Below are positions 1 to 10,440 of a stretch of 64,000 bases of DNA, one piece after another. The notes beneath the pieces are model-generated. The model was not told the DNA's origin. It saw only the letters and a list, made by a program, of their open reading frames with translations, and searched no databases. The DNA lies in NCBI GenBank assembly GCA_051866635.1, contig JBJDXJ010000063.1:9867-73866 (forward strand). The letters run 5' to 3'. Both the position numbers and the translations under genes were made by a program. Origin of the DNA: Clostridia bacterium (GTDB lineage Bacteria > Bacillota > Clostridia > UMGS1883). Each line of letters begins with the position of its first letter. The first letter of the stretch is position 1.

Positions 1-137
1 GACAGTACTTCTGCAGAAGATGCATAGTATTCTGTGCCTTTAACGTCAGTAAACACAGCTTCTTCTGCCATACCAGCTGCAGGCACAATGCTCATTATCA
101 TCATTATTGCCAGCAGTATACTTACAAATTTTCTCAT
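1..137 (-). CDS. SLH-domain secreted protein, N-terminal part (gene continues past window start)
   Basis: Reverse strand reads MRKFVSILLAIMMIMSIVPAAGMAEEAVFTDVKGTEYY... (signal peptide then SLH-like start). GGAGGA RBS 8 nt upstream of the ATG at 137. The plus-strand ORFs 34..231 and 183..368 here look spurious. Confidence 0.55.
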   Translation of the reverse strand, partial: MRKFVSILLAIMMIMSIVPAAGMAEEAVFTDVKGTEYYASSAEVL

Positions 138-279
138 CACTTTTTCCTCCGTTCATTTAATAAATTACCTATACCAATTAAACTACAGCCCCCTTTTTAA
201 ATACAAGTTTCGTATAATACCAAGTATATGACTGTTTCCTTTTTTTGTCAACCCCCCTCTTTTTTGCAACAACCTGAAA

Positions 280-330
280 ATTTTATCCCAAAATGGGATA
301 AAACAATTATACCAAAATGGGATAATTAAG
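280..330. promoter_or_regulatory. Two tandem palindromic operator-like sites (TTATCCCAAAATGGGATAA and a one-mismatch second copy) upstream of an XRE regulator
   Basis: Perfect inverted repeat TATCCCA-AAA-TGGGATA seen twice about 26 bp apart, directly upstream of the HTH gene at 346. Confidence 0.5.
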
Positions 331-345
331 TCAAGAGGTGATCTT

Positions 346-552
346 ATGCGACTTAAAGAAATACGCAAAAAGAAAGGAATATCTCAGCTGAAATTAGCAT
401 TGGAACTGAACATGAGCCAGAACTCTATTTCCCGTTATGAAACAGGGGAACGACAAGCAGGTTATAAGGAACTTATCGCCATAGCCGATTACTTTAATGT
501 ATCAATAGACTATTTGCTTGAACGTACAGATAACCCAAAAATTAACCGCTGA
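346..552 (+). CDS. XRE-family helix-turn-helix transcriptional regulator
   Basis: 68 aa with the KGISQLKLALELNMSQNSISRYETGER HTH_3 signature. AGAGGTG RBS. Confidence 0.85.
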   Translation: MRLKEIRKKKGISQLKLALELNMSQNSISRYETGERQAGYKELIAIADYFNVSIDYLLERTDNPKINR

Positions 553-614
553 TTATTGATTCAGTAAACTTTTAGTGCTATTATAACAGTGCCAACTAAA
601 TTATCGGAGGAATA

Positions 615-1100
615 ATGATGAAAACAATATATCTTGCAGGAGGCTGCTTCTGGGGGCTTCAGAAATTTATGGACCAATTTGACGGAATAGTTTCCACCAC
701 CGTGGGTTATGCCAACGGAAAAACAGAAACAACCACCTATGAACTTGTAAAAAGCCAGATAAGTGACCACAGTGAAACTGTTAAAGTAGTTTACGATTCT
801 TCAGTAATTTCTCTTAAAGAGATTTTAGAAAAATTCTACCTTGTTATTGACCCCACTTCAATCAATAAACAGGGCGAAGACGAAAGGAGAAGCTACCGCA
901 CAGGAATTTATTACGAAGATCAATCTGACACAACAATTATAAATGAAGTAACCCAATTGGAGCAAATGCACCATGACAAAAAAATTGTGGTTGAAATTGA
1001 ACCAATCCGTAATTTCTGTGAAGCGGAAGAATATCATCAAAAATATTTAGAAAAAAACCCCGACGGTTACTGCCATATAGGCGGTTGCTTTTTCGGGTAA
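615..1100 (+). CDS. msrA: Peptide-methionine (S)-S-oxide reductase MsrA
   Basis: N-terminal GGCFWG active-site motif, about 160 aa, RBS GGAGG upstream. Confidence 0.9.
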   Translation: MMKTIYLAGGCFWGLQKFMDQFDGIVSTTVGYANGKTETTTYELVKSQISDHSETVKVVYDSSVISLKEILEKFYLVIDPTSINKQGEDERRSYRTGIYYEDQSDTTIINEVTQLEQMHHDKKIVVEIEPIRNFCEAEEYHQKYLEKNPDGYCHIGGCFFG

Positions 1101-1168
1101 AATAAAACATACAAATGCCGCATAACGTATCTCTTTGAATACGATATGCGGCATTTAGGTTTAAAAAT

Positions 1169-2839
1169 TTATTCAATTATAACCGTGCTGCTGTCGTCTA
1201 TCCACTCCACATTAAGTTTCAAGCTTTCTGCGACAAAACGTAGCGGTACCAGTGTTCTTCCGTTTCTTATGGTTGGAAGCGTATCAAGTTGCTGTTCAAT
1301 GCCATTTACATAGGCTTTAGAATTTCCAATAGCCATTTTAACAAATATATCACCCTTTGTAACGGTAATTTCTTCTGTGTCATTATACCACTCTACTTCT
1401 GCTTTGAGTGTTTCCGAAACGGCACGAATTGGCACGAGAGTACGACCGTTTTCTATCACAGGGAATACATTGTCGTATTTTGAAAAGTCAACCTTGATAC
1501 CGTTTACAAATACGCTGATAGCATAATTGCCTTGACCGCAAGTTGCACTGACGCTGTTTTCCGGCGTCACATTATCGGCTATTTCAACATATGATATAGG
1601 CTGAACAATATAGCTGTGTGTACTGCCTTTTTTAAGGCCGCTTAATGTGGCAGTGGTTTCCTTTGTTGTATTAAGCATTTCTACTTTGTCAGTATCTTCA
1701 AAATATTCAAAAATCTGATATTCATTTGCACCTTCTACACTTTCCCAAGAAAGTGTTATACTGTCATCTGTCTGCGATGATATATATACAACAGGCGAAT
1801 CAAGTGTGGCAAGCTGTACTTTCTGTTCCGGCTCATATCCGTTTAACACTTTAATGACTCTAAATCCCACATCATCATAACAGGCATTTCCATCTCTGCC
1901 TTCCTTGCGGTATTCTGTTCTGCAATCTGTTCTGTCGCTTTTCCAAGAACCACCCTTTATACCATAGATGGGAGTGTCATCATTTTCATCTCTTACAGTG
2001 GAAGTCCACTCCCAAACATTACCCCAAAAATCAATGGCACCGTGTGCACCTCGGGTAACAAGAGCATACTCGTCTACAGGTGTTCTTCCATCATTTATAC
2101 CACAGTTGAAATCTGCATCTTTAGGCATATGCCCTGCTACAAGCTCCCATTCGCTTTCGTTCGGTAAACGGTATGTGCTTACTCCGTCCTTTTCTGTCAG
2201 CCAATCACAATATGCTTTTCCATCATCAATAGAAACATAATTTACCGGATAGCTTTCTTGGCTCTTAGGGTATGTTCCGTCCTCCCAGTTTTCCGGGGCT
2301 GTTCTGCCGGTTTCTCTAATAAACTTTGAATACTCTGAATTTGTCACCTGTGTTCGTTTTATATATATGCTTTCTCCGGCACCCATAACTGGTATATAGT
2401 CATATTGTGCGGCGTCAGAAATTCTCCATTTGAGAAGTCTTGTGTCTGTAAATCGAAGCATACTGCTGTTAATTCTGTTCCAATATGTAATATACATATC
2501 CTGCACAATTTCTTCCATTTCTGCAACAATTTCAGCTCCACCCGGCTTACCGCTGGTTTCGTCTTTCAGCTCTGCAAGTTTTTCTTCTTTTCTGTCAAGG
2601 ACTGCGTTGTAGTTTTCTATGACTATTGCCCTGAGGTTTATGTAATTTTCCTCTGTGGGATCTTTTTGATATAAAGAAATCAATTTTTTTGTTTCTTCGC
2701 TTAGCTCAGGCTGTTCCTTTTCGATAAAGTCGCTGTTTTCGTACATATTATCTGCGTTTGCAATAACTATTGTATTTGTTATAACCGTTGCCGCCATAAT
2801 TAATGCTAAAAGAAATTTTGCAATTTGTCCCTCTTTCAT
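1169..2839 (-). CDS. Secreted formylglycine-generating-enzyme (SUMF1/FGE-sulfatase) family protein with FN3-like and C-terminal copper-amine-oxidase-N-like repeats
   Basis: Signal peptide. GxWEWT...GGSW...GFRV motifs typical of the FGE-sulfatase domain. Two C-terminal NGRTLVP(I/L)R...VEW repeats (Cu_amine_oxidN1-like). Confidence 0.65.
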   Translation of the reverse strand: MKEGQIAKFLLALIMAATVITNTIVIANADNMYENSDFIEKEQPELSEETKKLISLYQKDPTEENYINLRAIVIENYNAVLDRKEEKLAELKDETSGKPGGAEIVAEMEEIVQDMYITYWNRINSSMLRFTDTRLLKWRISDAAQYDYIPVMGAGESIYIKRTQVTNSEYSKFIRETGRTAPENWEDGTYPKSQESYPVNYVSIDDGKAYCDWLTEKDGVSTYRLPNESEWELVAGHMPKDADFNCGINDGRTPVDEYALVTRGAHGAIDFWGNVWEWTSTVRDENDDTPIYGIKGGSWKSDRTDCRTEYRKEGRDGNACYDDVGFRVIKVLNGYEPEQKVQLATLDSPVVYISSQTDDSITLSWESVEGANEYQIFEYFEDTDKVEMLNTTKETTATLSGLKKGSTHSYIVQPISYVEIADNVTPENSVSATCGQGNYAISVFVNGIKVDFSKYDNVFPVIENGRTLVPIRAVSETLKAEVEWYNDTEEITVTKGDIFVKMAIGNSKAYVNGIEQQLDTLPTIRNGRTLVPLRFVAESLKLNVEWIDDSSTVIIE

Positions 2840-4245
2840 AAAACTTCACTCGCTTTCATCTTTTTAATTAATTTGAAAGTAAATATACTTCCTTTCCCTA
2901 ATTCACTTTGTGCATAAACTTCTCCACCGAGAGCATTAGCTATCCATTTTACCATTGAAAGTCCAAGTCCTGAGGAGCCGTTTTCACAGTAGCTTCTTGC
3001 CCTGTCAACTTGGTAAAATCTCTCCCATATTTTCGGGAGGTCTTCTTCTGATATGCCTATACCAGTATCTTTTACGGAGAAAACAATGTCTTCATCAGTT
3101 TCTTTCAGTTTAACCGTAACACTTCCGATTTTCTTGTTATATTTGTACGCATTTGTAATTAAGTTTACAAACAATCTTGAAACGAGTGCTCGGTCAATGT
3201 TTGCATAGACTTTATCATCTATATCCCTTATCAGTTTTATTTTGCCGCTTTGTATTTTTTCCTGTTCATCACATATAAAGTTTAAAAGCTCGCTGATATC
3301 AGTTTTTTCAAACTGTGCTACAATCTTATTTTTATCCATTCTTGAAAGTGTCAAAAGCTCTGTCACTAAAGTGGACATTTTCTTTGCTTGTCTTTCCACC
3401 ATATTCAGTGAATTCTCAAAATCGGTGGAGCCCCTCTCACATTCCTTCATAAATTCACATTCGGAAAGCATAACCGTAATCGGAGTACGAAGCTCGTGAG
3501 ATACATCTGATGTAAACTGCTTTTCTTTATCAACAAGTTTTTCGATTTTATCTAGCATTTCATCAAAAGTATTAGCCAAATGACCTATTTCATCGTTTCT
3601 TTTGCCAATGTTAATTCGCTTGCTTATATCAGAACTGCTCGCAATCTCATTGGCTGTATCAACAATTTTATTGATTGGATTTAACAACTTTCCAAGCATT
3701 AAATAACCGCCAATGCTTGCTAAAAGAATGAGAATTACTGCAAGAATTATGTTATACTTCCTCGAAACATCAAAAGCATATTCTTCGTTTGTTGCCGGAA
3801 ATACTCCCTTGAGCCAATACTCGCTTCCATCATCAAGGATAATTTTTCTGTCAAAAATATAATATTTGTCATTATCATAAACCTCATAACGAAAGCCCTC
3901 GTTTTCAAAAGAATTTGATAATACAACAGCAAAGGGCAATTCTGCTCCGATTAGTTCCTTATTATTGTTATACAAAAGATAATGCACGCCTTTTTCATAA
4001 TATCTCATTTTCTGCGGAGCTTCTGTATGTCTTTGTGATATGTAACCTTTTGAAAGCATATCATTTAAGCGTATCTCAACCTTTTCTTCCATAGCGTTCA
4101 TCGAAACTATCATTCTGTTTTCAACAACATCATTTACTGTCTGCCTTTGAAAATATAATAGTATGCCGGAGCAGGCAGAAACAATTAAAACTGTAAATAC
4201 GGTAAATAATAAAACTATTTTAAATTTTACAGATGATTTACTCAT
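2836..4245 (-). CDS. Sensor histidine kinase (HAMP-HisKA-HATPase)
   Basis: Two N-terminal transmembrane segments, SHELRTP H-box, and C-terminal G-box (GSGLGLS). Overlaps downstream gene by 4 bp and upstream response regulator by 8 bp. Confidence 0.88.
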   Translation of the reverse strand: MSKSSVKFKIVLLFTVFTVLIVSACSGILLYFQRQTVNDVVENRMIVSMNAMEEKVEIRLNDMLSKGYISQRHTEAPQKMRYYEKGVHYLLYNNNKELIGAELPFAVVLSNSFENEGFRYEVYDNDKYYIFDRKIILDDGSEYWLKGVFPATNEEYAFDVSRKYNIILAVILILLASIGGYLMLGKLLNPINKIVDTANEIASSSDISKRINIGKRNDEIGHLANTFDEMLDKIEKLVDKEKQFTSDVSHELRTPITVMLSECEFMKECERGSTDFENSLNMVERQAKKMSTLVTELLTLSRMDKNKIVAQFEKTDISELLNFICDEQEKIQSGKIKLIRDIDDKVYANIDRALVSRLFVNLITNAYKYNKKIGSVTVKLKETDEDIVFSVKDTGIGISEEDLPKIWERFYQVDRARSYCENGSSGLGLSMVKWIANALGGEVYAQSELGKGSIFTFKLIKKMKASEVL

Positions 4246-4915
4246 TTTCTTCCCTCAACACATAGCCGTTTCCCCTAATTGTGTGAATTAGCTTTTTGGG
4301 GAAGGGATCGTCTATTTTCTTTCTAAGATACCATATATAAACATCAACAACATTTGTTCCTCCGGCATAATCAAAGCTCCAAACATTGTTTGCTATTCTT
4401 TCATGTGATAAAACCTTGCCTTTGTTTTTTATCAAATATTCAAGCAAATTAAACTTTCTTGCAGAAAGTTCTATTATTTTTTCTCCTCTTGTAACTGCAT
4501 GGGTAGCAATATCAACCGACAAATCTCCAACAGTGTAAATGTTTGTGGGGCTGTTTGCAGTTTTTCGTGTAATAGCACGAAGCCTTGCTAAAAGCTCCTC
4601 GAATACAAAAGGCTTTACCATATAATCTTGTGCTCCGGTATCCAGTCCTTTTATAATATCTTCTGTTGTATCTTTTGCGGTAAGTAGCACCACAGGTGTA
4701 AGATTTCCCGATTTTCGTATTTCCAAAAGAACATCAAGTCCGCTTTTCTTAGGCATCATTATGTCAAGTATTACCGCATCAAATTCTCCGGCTGAAATGT
4801 AATCTATGGCTTCCTCCCCATCAAAACACGAATCAACCGCATTTCCCGCTTTTTTAAGTCTCCTTGAAAGGCTTTCGTTCAAATCTCTGTCATCTTCAAC
4901 AACAAGCAATCTCAT
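4238..4915 (-). CDS. OmpR-family response regulator
   Basis: MRLLVVEDD receiver domain with phospho-acceptor Asp, followed by a winged-helix output domain. Confidence 0.92.
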   Translation of the reverse strand: MRLLVVEDDRDLNESLSRRLKKAGNAVDSCFDGEEAIDYISAGEFDAVILDIMMPKKSGLDVLLEIRKSGNLTPVVLLTAKDTTEDIIKGLDTGAQDYMVKPFVFEELLARLRAITRKTANSPTNIYTVGDLSVDIATHAVTRGEKIIELSARKFNLLEYLIKNKGKVLSHERIANNVWSFDYAGGTNVVDVYIWYLRKKIDDPFPKKLIHTIRGNGYVLREENE

Positions 4916-4971
4916 AGATAAATCACCTTCTTTTTTAGTTACTTATAATTTTATCATAGATTTATGTCAAG

Positions 4972-6837
4972 TCAATTATTGTTTCTTTTTGCATCGGCAC
5001 TTGTAACCATGGTAAATTTTTTCGATTGCTTAAAAACATATTCCTTACTGCCTATTGTCAAAGTATATTTATTTCCGATTTGAATTTGCGGGGAAGTAAT
5101 TGTAACTGCCTCAAACTTATTGATTGGGCAGAATGAAATGATTTCATTGTTGTTTTCATCTGCAAGTTTTATATATGTATTCGCTTCTTGCACACTTCCC
5201 GTAAAAACAACGGTATTTTGAACATTGTCCGGATTGTCTGTTGCATATTTAATTTGTGAAGTGTATATCATATTTACCCCATTTGTTATTGTAACAGGGG
5301 CTGCTCCCGTGTCAATTACTTCACCCCTATTACGGGAGGCTTTTATATTACCGCCGTTAAAAATCGCTGCTGCATTTGAGTCAATACAGTCATCCTGTGC
5401 GTAAATCTCTATATTTCCTCCGTTAATTACAAGTGTATTAGGTCTTTTGCTTGCCGCCATTTTAACGGGGTTTTCAGTATAAATCACATCAGCACCTGAG
5501 TTAATTCCGTCATCTGTTGCATTGATATAAATATCTCCGTCGTTAATTGTTACCGTTTGTTTGCTTTCAATACCCTCTGTGGCGTTTTCAATTCGTATAT
5601 TACCGCCGTCTATCGTAACATCTCCAAGTCCTGAAATTCCTTTGCGTGAGGAATTAATAACGATTTTACCGTCTGAAATTATTATTGCGTTTTCACTGTC
5701 AATACCGTCACCTGTTGCATTTATCGTGATATTTCCGCCTGACAGGGTACAGGTATCGTTTATATGAATTCCGTCAGAAAATGCTTTAATAAAAATATTT
5801 CCGTTTTCTATGTCCAAATCATCCGATGCTTTTATTCCGTGTCCCGTTTTAGAAATTACATTAAGCGTTCCCTTACCTTTAATTTCCAAATCGTCTTTTG
5901 AATATATGGCTCCGTCCTCGCTGTTTTCGGCACCTATTGTATTGTTTGTGCCTTCTTCAACAGTAATGAACATTTTATCAGCTGCTTCTGTAAATATTGC
6001 CGGACCTTTTGATGATGTGATATTTGCATTTTTTAGTCTAAGTTTTACTCTGTCAGCCGTATTTATATGTATCATCCCGTCATTTAAGTTGCCGCTTACA
6101 GTATAATCTCCGCCCTCTGTGATGACAATATCGCTATCTTCAAATAGGACAGTATTACTTGTAGATGCCTTTTCATCTAAATCAATACTCTGTATGTTCA
6201 GTTTCCATAGGTCTTTTTCATCTGTTATTTTTAGCCTGAACATATTGTAAATTATCGTAGCGACCTCTGCATTGGAAAGTATCTTTTGCGGCTCTATTCT
6301 GTTTTCGTTCGTTCCGTGGATAATTTCCATATTCACAAGTGTGTTTATGCTCATCTTTGCCCATTCCGATATACTGTCATAATCATTGAAAGATACTAAT
6401 AAATCTTCATTGGGCACTTCGGGGACAATATCAAGCTTCAATAACGCACGATATAAAAAGGTCATTGCCATTTCTCTTGTCAAACCGTCATTTGGTGCAA
6501 AAAGATTGTTTCCTACACCGCTTGTAATGTTGTTTTCTTCTGCCCAACCTATTGCCGAAAAGAAGTTGTCGCCTTCCTGTACATCGGAAAAATTAGAAAG
6601 ATACACCTTTTCACTTTCCCGGGAAGATTTGTACAAGGCGTAAACATACTCTGCCCGTGAAGTCTGTCCATTGGGGTTAAATAAGCTACCGTTATCAGGC
6701 ATTATTCCTCTTTCCGAAACGAAGTCAACCGCTTCTTTGTACCACGCATCCTTTGGAACATCTACATACATTTTTGCCGATACCGTCAAGGACGACAGCA
6801 TAGCTAAAATTATAATAAAGCTTAATAACTTTTTCAT
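4972..6837 (-). CDS. S-layer homology (3x N-terminal SLH) protein with C-terminal parallel beta-helix-like repeat domain
   Basis: Signal peptide, three SLH-like segments (W..A...L...GI..G), then many GGNI/DGI..N.T repeat units. Confidence 0.7.
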   Translation of the reverse strand: MKKLLSFIIILAMLSSLTVSAKMYVDVPKDAWYKEAVDFVSERGIMPDNGSLFNPNGQTSRAEYVYALYKSSRESEKVYLSNFSDVQEGDNFFSAIGWAEENNITSGVGNNLFAPNDGLTREMAMTFLYRALLKLDIVPEVPNEDLLVSFNDYDSISEWAKMSINTLVNMEIIHGTNENRIEPQKILSNAEVATIIYNMFRLKITDEKDLWKLNIQSIDLDEKASTSNTVLFEDSDIVITEGGDYTVSGNLNDGMIHINTADRVKLRLKNANITSSKGPAIFTEAADKMFITVEEGTNNTIGAENSEDGAIYSKDDLEIKGKGTLNVISKTGHGIKASDDLDIENGNIFIKAFSDGIHINDTCTLSGGNITINATGDGIDSENAIIISDGKIVINSSRKGISGLGDVTIDGGNIRIENATEGIESKQTVTINDGDIYINATDDGINSGADVIYTENPVKMAASKRPNTLVINGGNIEIYAQDDCIDSNAAAIFNGGNIKASRNRGEVIDTGAAPVTITNGVNMIYTSQIKYATDNPDNVQNTVVFTGSVQEANTYIKLADENNNEIISFCPINKFEAVTITSPQIQIGNKYTLTIGSKEYVFKQSKKFTMVTSADAKRNNN

Positions 6838-7027
6838 GCATAATTCTCCTCGCTTTCATAGTTTTATTATACACTGAAAAAATTAGACTATTATTAGAAA
6901 ACCGTGTAAAATTTAATTTTTTATAATATAACATAAAATCCCCTTATAACAGTCTTGAATAACTTTTTGTTTTTCAAGTGTCTGCTCTAAAGGGATTATA
7001 TCAATCATTTCGCTATAGCTATTTATT

Positions 7028-7876
7028 TCATTTAAGTATATCTTTTATTAATTCCTTATCAATTTCAAATTCCGGGCATCCCTGTGCACCTGCCGCCACT
7101 TCATACTTATCATAACAGATTACAATATTGCCCTTGTCATTTATTAAGAATTTCACATCCTCTGTTATTCCTTGGTAGCCGTCGGTATATTCGTCCTTTT
7201 CCACCCAGAACAAACCTTCTTCTTCGTTATTTCGGCGTATCATTTCATCCTTGACTATTGTGCTGATGGGTGTTATATAGTCGGCGTTTTCTTTAAAAAG
7301 CCCTTTTAGTGTTACTATTTCCCCTGTTTTCTTATTTACTGTATAGAATTTATGCGTTGTTGAGGAAGAACCCACCACGTTGAAATAGTAAATGTCTATT
7401 GCATAATAATCATCGGTGTCTGTCCTGACAATATAGTCGCTTTCAAATCCCATATGCACATCTTCACCATATTCTTCCATAAGTGCATTTGCTTCTTTTT
7501 CAAATTCTTCAATCAGCTTCTGTGCATTTTCTCCAAGCTCACTGTTTATCTCCTCCATCAGCTTTTCATCCTTTAGCCCTTCTATTTGTGGCGTTACAAT
7601 AGTTGCCTCACTGCCGCCTATTTTATTTTCGTAACGATTAAGTGTAACAACCCTCACAATGCTCCCTAAAAGCGGAACTTCGTTCATAGCATATGCAAAG
7701 GAAGGTGAAATGTTTGCACTTACAGTTACCATAACAAGCATCACAGCCACGGTACCGCCTAAAACTTTTCCTACGTTTGATATTTTATTTCTCATAATTT
7801 TCCCCCTCACTTTTTTTCTGAGTCTGTCACTTGCCACATGTTCTTCATTGCCTCTTAAAAAGTCGTACATAATCAC
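7028..7876 (-). CDS. Anti-sigma factor, RsiV-like (DUF4163/DUF3298 architecture)
   Basis: Cytoplasmic N-terminus, a single transmembrane segment, and an extracellular domain. Overlaps the upstream ECF sigma gene by 4 bp. Confidence 0.6.
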   Translation of the reverse strand: MIMYDFLRGNEEHVASDRLRKKVRGKIMRNKISNVGKVLGGTVAVMLVMVTVSANISPSFAYAMNEVPLLGSIVRVVTLNRYENKIGGSEATIVTPQIEGLKDEKLMEEINSELGENAQKLIEEFEKEANALMEEYGEDVHMGFESDYIVRTDTDDYYAIDIYYFNVVGSSSTTHKFYTVNKKTGEIVTLKGLFKENADYITPISTIVKDEMIRRNNEEEGLFWVEKDEYTDGYQGITEDVKFLINDKGNIVICYDKYEVAAGAQGCPEFEIDKELIKDILK

Positions 7877-8340
7877 ACAATCTCCCCTCTGAGCTTTTTT
7901 ATTGCGGAATAAAATCTGGTTTTTGCAGTATTTTCATTAATATTAAGGACCTTGCCTATCTCCTCGAAAGTTAAATCGTCACAGCATTTTAAAACCACAA
8001 CGGCTTTTGAATTTTCATCCAAAAGGTTTATCATACTTTCAAAGTTAATATGTGAATAGTCATCCTCTGTGAAATTAAATTCCATTTTATCAGGCTCTAA
8101 ACTTATGTATCTCCCATTTTTCTTCAAAGCTGTAAGGGCAGTATTTGCAACAATAGAGTATACATAGCATTTTATGTTTTTCTCATCTTTTATTCTATTC
8201 GCTGATTTCAACGCTTTAACAACACTGTCGCTTACCACATCTTCTGCATCTTCACGGTTACGCATATATGTATAGGCAAACCTGTATATATTATCTAAAT
8301 TTTCTTCAAGAAATTTTTCCAGCTGTTTTCGCTTCCGCAT
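7873..8340 (-). CDS. ECF (sigma-70 family, group 4) RNA polymerase sigma factor
   Basis: 155 aa with region-2 (YRFAYTYMRNREDAEDVVSD) and region-4 (LTFEEIGKVLNINENTAKTR) signatures. Confidence 0.82.
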   Translation of the reverse strand: MRKRKQLEKFLEENLDNIYRFAYTYMRNREDAEDVVSDSVVKALKSANRIKDEKNIKCYVYSIVANTALTALKKNGRYISLEPDKMEFNFTEDDYSHINFESMINLLDENSKAVVVLKCCDDLTFEEIGKVLNINENTAKTRFYSAIKKLRGEIV

Positions 8341-8468
8341 TTTATCAACTCCTCTTCTATTTTTAATCCTTTCACATATTAGACTTTTTTACAGGCAAAA
8401 TAGTTTTAATTTTTTTTAAAAAATTAAGGTTGCAGCAATAATTTAAATAAATTTGCCGCAACCTAATT

Positions 8469-9317
8469 TTAAAGGACGAAATATAATAATACAATAACGC
8501 CAAGTACAATTCTGTACCAACCAAAAACTTTAAAGTCGTGCTTTTTAATATAACCTATAAGGAATTTAATTGCAAGTATCGAAACCACAAAGGCAACTAC
8601 CATACCTACAATCAAAACTGCCAATTCTGTAGAAGTAAAAGCAAAGCCAAATTTTAAAAGCTTCAACGCACTGGCACCGAACATTACGGGAATTGCTAAG
8701 AAGAACGTGAATTCAGCAGCAAGCTCCCTGCTTGTTCCAATCAAAATACCTCCGATAATTGTTGAACCTGACCTACTTGTACCGGGTATTAAGGAAAGCA
8801 CCTGGAAAATTCCGATTAATAATGCATCTTTAAAGCTAAGGTCTTTTAGACTTGTTACACGAGGTGTACGTTTTTTGTTGTAGTTTTCAATGAGGATAAA
8901 TACAACACCGTAAAAAATAAGTGCTATTGCTACAACAAAACCGTTATGTAAATGTTCATCCATCCAGTCATCCAATGGAAGTCCCACTATCATAGCCGGC
9001 AGACATGCCACAACAATCTTAAGCCAAAGGATAATTTTGTCCATGTAGCAGTAATTGTCTAAAAATTTACCTGTTTTTTCCACAGCGTTTTTCTTTGTGT
9101 GGAAAGGCCACAGCTTGCTCCAGTACAGCACTACAACAGCCAGTATGGCACCAAGCTGAATTACAACATTGAACATTTCCATAAATGCTTCGCTCTGATT
9201 TAGCTTTACAAATTCGTCAACTAAAATCAAATGACCTGTACTGCTTATGGGCAGCCACTCAGTAATACCTTCAATAACCCCCAAAAGTAAAACCTTAAGC
9301 CATTCTACAAGGTTCAT
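8469..9317 (-). CDS. uppP: Undecaprenyl-diphosphate phosphatase (BacA/UppP)
   Basis: [30 protein letters not shown] is the classic UppP N-terminus and the protein is polytopic membrane. Start set at the internal Met with a GGAAG RBS; the track's longer 9416 start adds a non-homologous extension. Confidence 0.9.
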   Translation of the reverse strand: MNLVEWLKVLLLGVIEGITEWLPISSTGHLILVDEFVKLNQSEAFMEMFNVVIQLGAILAVVVLYWSKLWPFHTKKNAVEKTGKFLDNYCYMDKIILWLKIVVACLPAMIVGLPLDDWMDEHLHNGFVVAIALIFYGVVFILIENYNKKRTPRVTSLKDLSFKDALLIGIFQVLSLIPGTSRSGSTIIGGILIGTSRELAAEFTFFLAIPVMFGASALKLLKFGFAFTSTELAVLIVGMVVAFVVSILAIKFLIGYIKKHDFKVFGWYRIVLGVIVLLYFVL

Positions 9318-9477
9318 ATCATTTCCTTCTTTCCGATTATTAATACTGTTATACCTTATACATAATACCATAAATTTAAAAAAATGCAAGCCGTCCATAC
9401 AAAAATAGTGTATCATATTTCAATTTAAAAGCCACGGCAAAATAGTTTCCGATACTATTTTGCCGCGGCTTTGACAT

Positions 9478-10431
9478 TTACAAAAACAATTCGTTTTTAT
9501 AATCAAACACAGGTTTATCATTTTCATCGTATGTAACCTTCATAATCATTGCATGACGGTTAATGTCGTCAAGGGGGTCGCCTTCAATCTTTTCAAAATC
9601 CCTGGCGTGGTACACGCAAATGTCACTGCCATCTTCATCCTTGACAAAGCTGTTGTGACCGGGTCCGAACACCTCAAATGAAGCGTCTGTCTTTAAAACA
9701 GGATAACGCTCCTTTTTCCATGCGGCAGGGTCTAAGATTTCAGCATTTTCGTCAATTGAAAGCATACCCATACAGTAGCATGCACCTGTTGCTGAAGCAG
9801 AATATGTAACATATATTTTGCCATTGTGCTTTAATACTGCCGGCCCTTCTTCTACCCATTCGTCAACCCTTTCCCAATCGTATGTGGGAGTAGAAAGGAT
9901 AACCAGCTTTGTTTTAAGCTTTGTGGGTGTTTCCATTTCGGCAATACAAAGATTACTCATACCTTTCCATATGCGGACTTTTTCTGCCCATATCATATAC
10001 CATTTACCATGGTTTTCAAATACAGTGTTATCAAGAGAGAATGATTTGAAGCTGAAACCGTCCCCTTTTGCCGCTTTCATCTGACCTAATTCTTCCCATT
10101 TATCTTTCATGGGATTACCTTCACACTTTAACACATAAGGGCGTATTTTCCATATGTTATCGGCTTTGCTTGCCGCAACATATATATAGAAGGCTCCGTC
10201 TATATAGTGAAGCTCCGGTGCCCAGATATAACCTGACATTTCGCCCTCATCGTGCTTTTTCCAGATTATTTTTTCTTCAGCTTGGGACAAGCCTGACAGG
10301 GTATCACTTTCACGAAGGGCAATGTAATCATACCTTGGTGCTGTTGCTATAAAGTAATACTTACCATTAATTTTTGTTGCAAAAGGGTCTGCATTGTGTT
10401 TTATCCACGCTTTCATATGTAATTCCTCCAC
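9478..10431 (-). CDS. Glycoside hydrolase family 43 protein
   Basis: YFIATAP...WAPELHYIDGAFYIY and later GH43 beta-propeller motifs. About 310 aa, no signal peptide. Confidence 0.75.
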   Translation of the reverse strand: MEELHMKAWIKHNADPFATKINGKYYFIATAPRYDYIALRESDTLSGLSQAEEKIIWKKHDEGEMSGYIWAPELHYIDGAFYIYVAASKADNIWKIRPYVLKCEGNPMKDKWEELGQMKAAKGDGFSFKSFSLDNTVFENHGKWYMIWAEKVRIWKGMSNLCIAEMETPTKLKTKLVILSTPTYDWERVDEWVEEGPAVLKHNGKIYVTYSASATGACYCMGMLSIDENAEILDPAAWKKERYPVLKTDASFEVFGPGHNSFVKDEDGSDICVYHARDFEKIEGDPLDDINRHAMIMKVTYDENDKPVFDYKNELFL

Positions 10432-10440
10432 TTATAATTT

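Noticed and set aside
34-368. Plus-strand ORF 34..231 and minus ORF 183..368 from the track
   Set aside because: The reverse strand of 1..137 encodes a convincing signal peptide plus SLH start with a GGAGGA RBS. The listed ORFs are low-complexity and lack RBS. 183..368 overlaps the operator and promoter region.
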